A stretch of 64,000 nucleotides of DNA from Deltaproteobacteria bacterium (GTDB lineage: Bacteria > Myxococcota_A > Polyangia > JAAYKL01). The notes beneath the pieces are model-generated. The model did not search any database, was not told the origin of the DNA, and saw nothing but the letters and a program-made list of their open reading frames with translations. A program made the translations under genes and the position numbers. Location: positions 30,440-94,439 of the forward strand of contig JAFGWT010000543.1 of NCBI GenBank assembly GCA_016937015.1. Reading direction: 5' to 3'. This document shows, one piece after another, positions 57,215-64,000 of the stretch. Position 1 is the first letter of the stretch. The number at the start of each line of letters is the position of its first letter.

Positions 57215-57750
57215 ATAAGGTAGATATCCGAATTTGCGGAATGGGTGGTCAGGGTGTTATTATGAGCGGACTGGTGATTGGCAAAGCCGCATCCATTTAC
57301 GAAGACAAATGGTCCACAATGATTCAGTCCTTTGGACCGGAAGCCAGAGGTAGCACCTGCGCTGCGCAAGTAATGATTAATGACACGCAGATAGGATATC
57401 CTTACATAAAAAGGTCAGACATCTTTCTGGTGTTTAGCCAGGCCGGATACGAAAAGTATGTGGATGAGCTTAAGGAAAACGCCATACTCATTTACGAGAA
57501 TGAATTGATTACATTGGACGATCGTGTCCCATCGGGCGTGAAGAGCTGCGGTATTCCCGCCACGCGTATCGCTCACGAACAGATTGGCAAGGTGATTACC
57601 TTTAACATGGTTATGCTTGGCTATTTTGCGCGCCGCACGAATGTCGTTGATGTTGAAGCCATAAAAAAATCCATCGTGGATAGTGTGCCCTCCGGCACCG
57701 ATCAAATCAATCTGAAGGCATTTCAAGCCGGATACGACTATTCGGAATAG
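57211..57750 (+). CDS. oorC: 2-oxoacid:ferredoxin oxidoreductase gamma subunit
   Basis: ICGMGGQGVIMSG...SFGPEARGS signature; 4-nt overlap with beta. Confidence 0.85.
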   Translation: MNKVDIRICGMGGQGVIMSGLVIGKAASIYEDKWSTMIQSFGPEARGSTCAAQVMINDTQIGYPYIKRSDIFLVFSQAGYEKYVDELKENAILIYENELITLDDRVPSGVKSCGIPATRIAHEQIGKVITFNMVMLGYFARRTNVVDVEAIKKSIVDSVPSGTDQINLKAFQAGYDYSE

Positions 57751-58243
57751 TTTTTTCCGTTGCACTGACGACGTTCATTCTCGGATTAGACCGATAGGGG
57801 AACCAGTTGCCAGTGCACCCTTTTTCGGTTCACCGACTGGAATCGCACAACTGTCTCACCGGTAATATGTATGTTGTGGCGACTGTTGGCGAATCAAAAT
57901 CAAATGATATCCAATAGCCCGCAAAAGAAGACAATGTCTCAACAGCCATGCTGGAAATTAGAATTGCCAAGCCGGTGCTGGCCCTTTGCGTGGCGAACCA
58001 CGGTGTCGGATGCGGAATAAGTTGAGGCAACAGTTATTGACGGTCGCTGGCAGATGGTACTGGATTGCACAGGGAGCGAGAAGTCTGGAGCCCGTCAGGG
58101 AGAGCCCGTCAGGGAGAGCCCGGCAGGGATTTTGTGTAACCTGTCCTGACATCGTTAAACAGGTACCCGGTTTTCCCAGTGGGCACTTTTCTGTTTGCGG
58201 TAAAGAAGATTCTGACGGGCTCCTTGGGCTCGGCTCAAGAGCG

Positions 58244-59593
<1,350 letters not shown>

Positions 59594-59812
59594 AATTACT
59601 CCTCGTTTTTTTGAGTTCAAACACCTTGTCAATTATCGGTATAGTTTAGTCATAATCCAGCTTGTGCAAAGTGAATAATCGGTTTTTAAAAATATACATT
59701 TTAAAAATACTGAAATTGCAATTTTAATATAATTTTTTGCTTGCGGTCATGATTCCAGAAGTGAGCGGAAAATTCGGAGGTACCCATTAAATGGACCACG
59801 TATCGGCCGTTT

Positions 59813-62197
59813 ATGACAAGGACGCTTAAAAATAACAAATGCATAGAAACAGTCAATAAAATGCGCGACCACAGAGACCCACAGTATATTATTTTACTGG
59901 CATCCGCTGGCCAGCTAACAGTTGACCAACACGGAAATGTGCAGCGTTTCGATGAACGATTCAGGCTTCGTTATGTAGAACTGACCGCTTTTGGTGATGA
60001 CACATCCAGACATGCGCTTTTTCTGTTGTGTCCGCGCAATCAGTTACATTGTCAGGCCGTTTCAGAATGTCTGCGGATGGGCAGTGCAAAACGTCGCATG
60101 ATTTTCCAGATTAGCGAAGCTGAACATAACGCTGTTGAAGTGGAGCTGATATATACCCCATCCGGCGCTGGTGAGCTCCTGGCAGATATTACCGTTTTCG
60201 AAAAGGGCATCGTCCCAGGCTCCGAGCAGAACGAACAACGACAGGCCTGCGAAGCCGAATCCTGTGGTAAATATATCAAAAAGGTGAGCAGCGAATTCAG
60301 AACGCCCATGAACGGGATTATCGGCATGGCAGGATTGCTGCTGGATACACCACTGACGTCAGAACAGCAGGAATACGCAAAGACCATGCGGCACAGCGCG
60401 GAATCCCTGATGCGAACGGTCAATGATCTGATGGATTTGTCACGAATACAGTTGGGCGAACTGGCACTTGATGAAGCACCTTTTGACTTTCGGTTAATCA
60501 TTCGCAACATAGATGTTGCAATGATTGAACTGTCAGAAAGCAAGGGGCTCAGCTACCACTGTGTTGTTGATGACAATCTCACCAGTAATCTGGTTGGCGA
60601 TGCTGGCAGGTTGCGTCAGGCCATCAGTACAATCATTCTCAATTCCATCGAATCGACCACGCGGGGAAATATTCTAATTCGCTACGAAGAGGCAGCGCGT
60701 TTGAAGGATAAAGTTGTCGTTGAAATTTCCATCTCGGATACTGGGATTTCTCTCGACGAGAATCAACGCGCGACCCTTTTTGATGCCTTTTTTGACACAG
60801 CGCAGCCATCTGCACGGAAGTTTGGCGGATCAGGACTCGGCCTTTATGTGGCCAGGAAGCTGATTGAAACAATGGATGGGCGTATTGAAATTATTCCAAT
60901 ACATGATGGCGGAATTACATTTCGAATTAGATTATCCCTTTTGGTGCCTGAAGAAAAAATTTCATATTCGGCCCCGTCAATGTGGACGGAAGAAACTAAA
61001 ATAATTGTTTTTGATGAGATTGGGTCGGCAGAGCGAATATCGATTCAACTGGTGGAACAATACAACTGTGAGTGCGAGTATCAGGACAATGCCGAGGAAG
61101 TGTTTCTGGCTATGCGCAATGCCCAACAGGCAGGAAAACCATTTGTAGTGGCAATTCTTGATATGGATCATATCTCGGATTACTCCGGATATCCAATTAC
61201 GGGTAAAGAGCTCGGAATGAAAATCAAACAGCACGAGCAGTTGCAGGACACTATTATAATTATGCTTACGGCACGCGGAATGATTGGCGATGTACGTGAA
61301 CTGCGGCAAATGGGTTTTGAGGTATATCTGCCGAAGCCTGTTAATGTCGATCAGCTTGGACAAAGCATTCTTCTGGCCAAAAGCAATCGACACATGTTTG
61401 AACAGCATTTACCCAGTGTGATTACGCGTCATACGCTGGAGGAAGAGTTGAAGCGCGGCGCGCACATTCTGCTTGTGGAAGATAATGTTGTGAATCAAAA
61501 AGTTGCACAAAAGCTGCTGGAGAAGCTGGGGTACCAGGTGACTATCTGCAAGGATGGTGAGGAATGTATCCGTGCGCTGTCATTGGACAATTACGACCTG
61601 GTCTTCATGGATATACAGATGCCCAATATGAATGGCTTTGAAGCCACTCGTATTGTACGTGACACTTCCTCGAAAGTCCTTGACCACACCGTTCCCATCG
61701 TTGCGATGACAGCGTACACCTCTGACGAGGATAAACATCAGTACCTCAGCGCAGGCATGAATGACTATATGTTCAAGCCAGTCAGTATGTCTGGCTTCGA
61801 TCAGATGGTCACCAAATGGGTTTCGAATGTTCATCACAGAGATGCGCTGTGTGCGAAGCTTCCACGAGAGGAGGTGCTGTTCGAGCCGGATAGATTGCGG
61901 GAACAGCTTGTGGGAGATGAAGATTTGTACAATCGGATAATAGAATCGTATCTTCATGAAACTGTGCAGCAGATTGGAAAATTGAAAGATGCGGTCGCGC
62001 ATGATGAACTCAAGCGCACTCGTGATATTGCCCGGATGCTCATCAACGCATCAGATGATGTTACCGCAAGGAGCATGAAAAGTATTGCCCGCCAGATTGA
62101 ACAGGCAGCCATATCTGCCAACCGAATGCGGCTTACCGGTCTCATTGAAAAGCTCGACGGACAGTTTGAGAAAACCCGACAGTTTATTGGAAACTGA
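59813..62197 (+). CDS. hybrid sensor histidine kinase (cytoplasmic N-domain, HisKA, HATPase_c, receiver, C-terminal HPt)
   Basis: H-box FRTPMNGIIGMAGLL; G2 box GSGLGLYVARKL; receiver ILLVEDNVVNQ...DLVFMDIQMP...; HPt-like helix with Hxx(K/R) near C-terminus (AHDELKRTRDIARML). Confidence 0.9.
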   Translation: MTRTLKNNKCIETVNKMRDHRDPQYIILLASAGQLTVDQHGNVQRFDERFRLRYVELTAFGDDTSRHALFLLCPRNQLHCQAVSECLRMGSAKRRMIFQISEAEHNAVEVELIYTPSGAGELLADITVFEKGIVPGSEQNEQRQACEAESCGKYIKKVSSEFRTPMNGIIGMAGLLLDTPLTSEQQEYAKTMRHSAESLMRTVNDLMDLSRIQLGELALDEAPFDFRLIIRNIDVAMIELSESKGLSYHCVVDDNLTSNLVGDAGRLRQAISTIILNSIESTTRGNILIRYEEAARLKDKVVVEISISDTGISLDENQRATLFDAFFDTAQPSARKFGGSGLGLYVARKLIETMDGRIEIIPIHDGGITFRIRLSLLVPEEKISYSAPSMWTEETKIIVFDEIGSAERISIQLVEQYNCECEYQDNAEEVFLAMRNAQQAGKPFVVAILDMDHISDYSGYPITGKELGMKIKQHEQLQDTIIIMLTARGMIGDVRELRQMGFEVYLPKPVNVDQLGQSILLAKSNRHMFEQHLPSVITRHTLEEELKRGAHILLVEDNVVNQKVAQKLLEKLGYQVTICKDGEECIRALSLDNYDLVFMDIQMPNMNGFEATRIVRDTSSKVLDHTVPIVAMTAYTSDEDKHQYLSAGMNDYMFKPVSMSGFDQMVTKWVSNVHHRDALCAKLPREEVLFEPDRLREQLVGDEDLYNRIIESYLHETVQQIGKLKDAVAHDELKRTRDIARMLINASDDVTARSMKSIARQIEQAAISANRMRLTGLIEKLDGQFEKTRQFIGN

Positions 62198-62232
62198 CGT
62201 CGCGGCTGGCGGCTGGAGTTGACATAATGGCT

Positions 62233-64000
62233 TTATTCGAAGATTTCGCGAACGCAACGTCCACCAATGGCTGAAGAGGTCGTGGCAGGGGCTTCCTTAT
62301 CCCGCGCGGCGTTTCTGAATGCGGATGCATACATGCTGTTGTAGCTGCCGCCGCGAACAACAAATTCGTCACCAACCGGGGGGCCTTGTGGGTTGATGCA
62401 GCTTTCTCCTGCACATCCTCCCAGAACCTCACCATATAAATCCTGTGTCCATTCAGAAACGTTGCCCATCATATCGTATAGTCCAAATGCGTTGGGTTGA
62501 AGACTTCGCACTTCGAAAACACGCGATGTGCCACAGCCAGGATTGTCCTCGTTCATGATGACACGGGAGCAGTCAGGTGCAGGCGTGTTTCCCCAGGGAT
62601 ACGCATAATATGTGTCCGCAACTCCATCGTGACCACACCTGGCCGCGTTTTCCCACTGGGCCTCGGTCGGAAGATCCCCCTCCAGATAGCTGCAGAATTC
62701 CAGGAGGCCTTCGTGGGTGATGCAGTTTATTGGCGCTGTGTTGTTTTCCTTGCCGTTGAATGTGCAACCGGTGGTGGTTGCCACATTGGCTGCATTGCAT
62801 CCGCCGTTCCGGACGCATACCGCATACATGCCCGCCGTCACTTCGCTGTCCATAATGTAATAATCAGAAAGTGTGACCGGAACACGCTGCTCATCATTAT
62901 CGCAATTTGTATCGAGGGACCAGTCACATCCCAGCGTGATCTCGCCGCCGCTGATTCGAACCCACGCCATACCATCCATCCCCGCTGGCACACACTTGTT
63001 ATCGACACTGCATGTCTCACCCGAGCCACATTCACCGCAGTCGACGTCGCCAACGGAACCGCACTCGATGTTATTGCATACATCCACACATACGCCGGCG
63101 TTATTACAGCCGAACATGTTGCCGAGGGAGGAACAGTCTCCACAGCTCACGCCCTCTACTGTACCGCATTGACGATCGCCGCATGCGTCCACACATGCCC
63201 CATTGCTGTCACATCCGAAAGTTGCGCCGTATTCGCTGCAATCGCCGCAGCTGATGCCATCGACAATGCCACACTCGCGATTTGAGCATACGTCAAAACA
63301 GGTGTGTGTTTCTGAACAGGCATAGGTAGCGCCATAGTCCGAACAATCACCGCAATTTACTCCGAGCAGCAAACCGCATTGGGCATTGGCACAGGCATCG
63401 ACACATTTGTAGTCGCTGCAGGTGTAGGTGAGACCTTGAGCGCAAGTGCCGCAATTGACGCCATTGGCAATACCGCATTCATAGGATGAATCGCAGGCAT
63501 CCAGACATTGGCCTGTCTCATTGCAGAATTCTCCATCACTGCACGTGCCGCAAATAAATCCGTCAACAGTTCCGCAAACCTGATTTAAACATGGAAACGC
63601 CACCTCGGCAGGTGTGCACCCAACAATATCAAAATCTGTTGCATCGTACCTGGTCTCAAGAATTCCGGTTTTACCGTCCTTGCTGATTTCTATCTCAAGT
63701 GTGCGAACGCCACCCACCCGTGGACTGCAGATACCCATTAGATAATATGATTTGGAGATGTCATGAATCAGAGCGGTGATTTTGGCAAAAGATGTTTTCA
63801 GCGCATCTGTGTTGGCGGCCCATTCAAATCCGTTTTTGCCAAACTGTTCCAATTCCTCCTGGTTGACATCGGTTCCAAGACCGACGGTGTACACGTAAAC
63901 TTCTGAAGATTGAATCAAATGATCCGCGGTTGTCTTTGACGCTGCCATTGCTTCATCAGTTCCATCGGTAAACAGAACCATGGATTCTGCTGATAAAATA
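62233..64000 (-). CDS. partial (N-terminus beyond window) multidomain protein: vWA-like + six ~35-aa Cys-rich repeats + C-terminal FGE/SUMF1-like domain lacking catalytic Cys pair
   Basis: LFTDGTD vWA motif; repeats of C-V-D-(A/V)-C-x-x-x-x-C-G-x-x-x-G-(V/I)-x-C-G-x-C; C-terminal FGE-like motifs (YAYPWGN, GLYDMMGNVSEWTQD, RGGSYNS) with SUMF1 GGSYMCHRSYC replaced by GGSYNSMYASAF. Confidence 0.7.
   Translation of the reverse strand, partial: ILSAESMVLFTDGTDEAMAASKTTADHLIQSSEVYVYTVGLGTDVNQEELEQFGKNGFEWAANTDALKTSFAKITALIHDISKSYYLMGICSPRVGGVRTLEIEISKDGKTGILETRYDATDFDIVGCTPAEVAFPCLNQVCGTVDGFICGTCSDGEFCNETGQCLDACDSSYECGIANGVNCGTCAQGLTYTCSDYKCVDACANAQCGLLLGVNCGDCSDYGATYACSETHTCFDVCSNRECGIVDGISCGDCSEYGATFGCDSNGACVDACGDRQCGTVEGVSCGDCSSLGNMFGCNNAGVCVDVCNNIECGSVGDVDCGECGSGETCSVDNKCVPAGMDGMAWVRISGGEITLGCDWSLDTNCDNDEQRVPVTLSDYYIMDSEVTAGMYAVCVRNGGCNAANVATTTGCTFNGKENNTAPINCITHEGLLEFCSYLEGDLPTEAQWENAARCGHDGVADTYYAYPWGNTPAPDCSRVIMNEDNPGCGTSRVFEVRSLQPNAFGLYDMMGNVSEWTQDLYGEVLGGCAGESCINPQGPPVGDEFVVRGGSYNSMYASAFRNAARDKEAPATTSSAIGGRCVREIFE

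Overview
This is a 64-kb chromosomal segment of roughly 50% GC. It is densely coded, and many genes overlap their neighbours by 1-4 nt. The gene content points to an anaerobic, flagellated, polysaccharide-degrading bacterium: desulfoferrodoxin, a Wolinella/Bacteroides-type fumarate reductase FrdCAB, an OorDABC-type 2-oxoglutarate:ferredoxin oxidoreductase and a GH11 xylanase are all present. All family calls were made by eye from motifs in the supplied translations. No database search was run.

Main blocks:
- 88-3000: ferritin-like protein, tandem Usp, a frameshifted membrane gene, cytidylate-kinase-like protein.
- 3362-8489: secreted/outer-membrane proteins, a Zn-ribbon/TPR protein, a Cys-rich lipoprotein, and the first Asp-Thr-repeat lipoprotein.
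- 8586-20332 (minus strand): a Bacillus/spirochaete-style flagellar operon, flgB-flgC-fliE-fliF-fliG-fliH-fliI-fliJ-flbB(MgtE_N)-fliK-flgD-flgE, led by a secreted TPR-like gene and ending at a bidirectional terminator.
- 20604-21779: GH11 xylanase.
- 22075-27133: holB-ricT(yaaT)-HEAT-tatD-NTF2-like.
- 27287-31062: c3-like multihaem lipoprotein, dfx, CheY-like receiver, TPR+2xcNMP-binding protein.
- 31986-36173: beta-propeller secreted protein, amt-glnK.
- 36223-43036 (minus strand): ECF sigma, START lipoprotein, a CrtI-like/FNR-like fusion oxidoreductase, and a 907-aa membrane protein.
- 43238-47327: VOC/methylmalonyl-CoA-epimerase-like, guaA, HAD.
- 47398-52316: frdCAB plus a Thr-type sulfatase-family lipoprotein.
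- 52649-54724: two tandem paralogous Cys-rich lipoproteins.
- 54936-57750: oorDABC.
- 58244-59593: poly-Asp / C2-like lipoprotein.
- 59813-62197: hybrid histidine kinase.
- 62233-end: vWA + Cys-repeat + FGE-like protein, N-terminus outside the window.

I could not recognise any rRNA, tRNA, CRISPR array, transposase, integrase or prophage genes.

Most unusual observations:
- At least six unrelated secreted lipoproteins carry (Asp-Thr)n, (Asp-Ser)n or poly-Asp linkers encoded by near-identical GAYACN / GAYAGY / GAY repeats. This looks like a shared, slippage-prone linker system that joins very different modules: GH11, a multihaem cytochrome, C2-like domains, novel Cys-rich domains, and an FGE-like domain.
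- A perfect 6 x 16-bp tandem array sits in the leader of the flagellar operon.
- Two tandem paralogous novel Cys-rich lipoproteins lie next to oorDABC.
- An ECF-sigma-linked operon encodes a self-sufficient-looking desaturase-like/FNR-like fusion.
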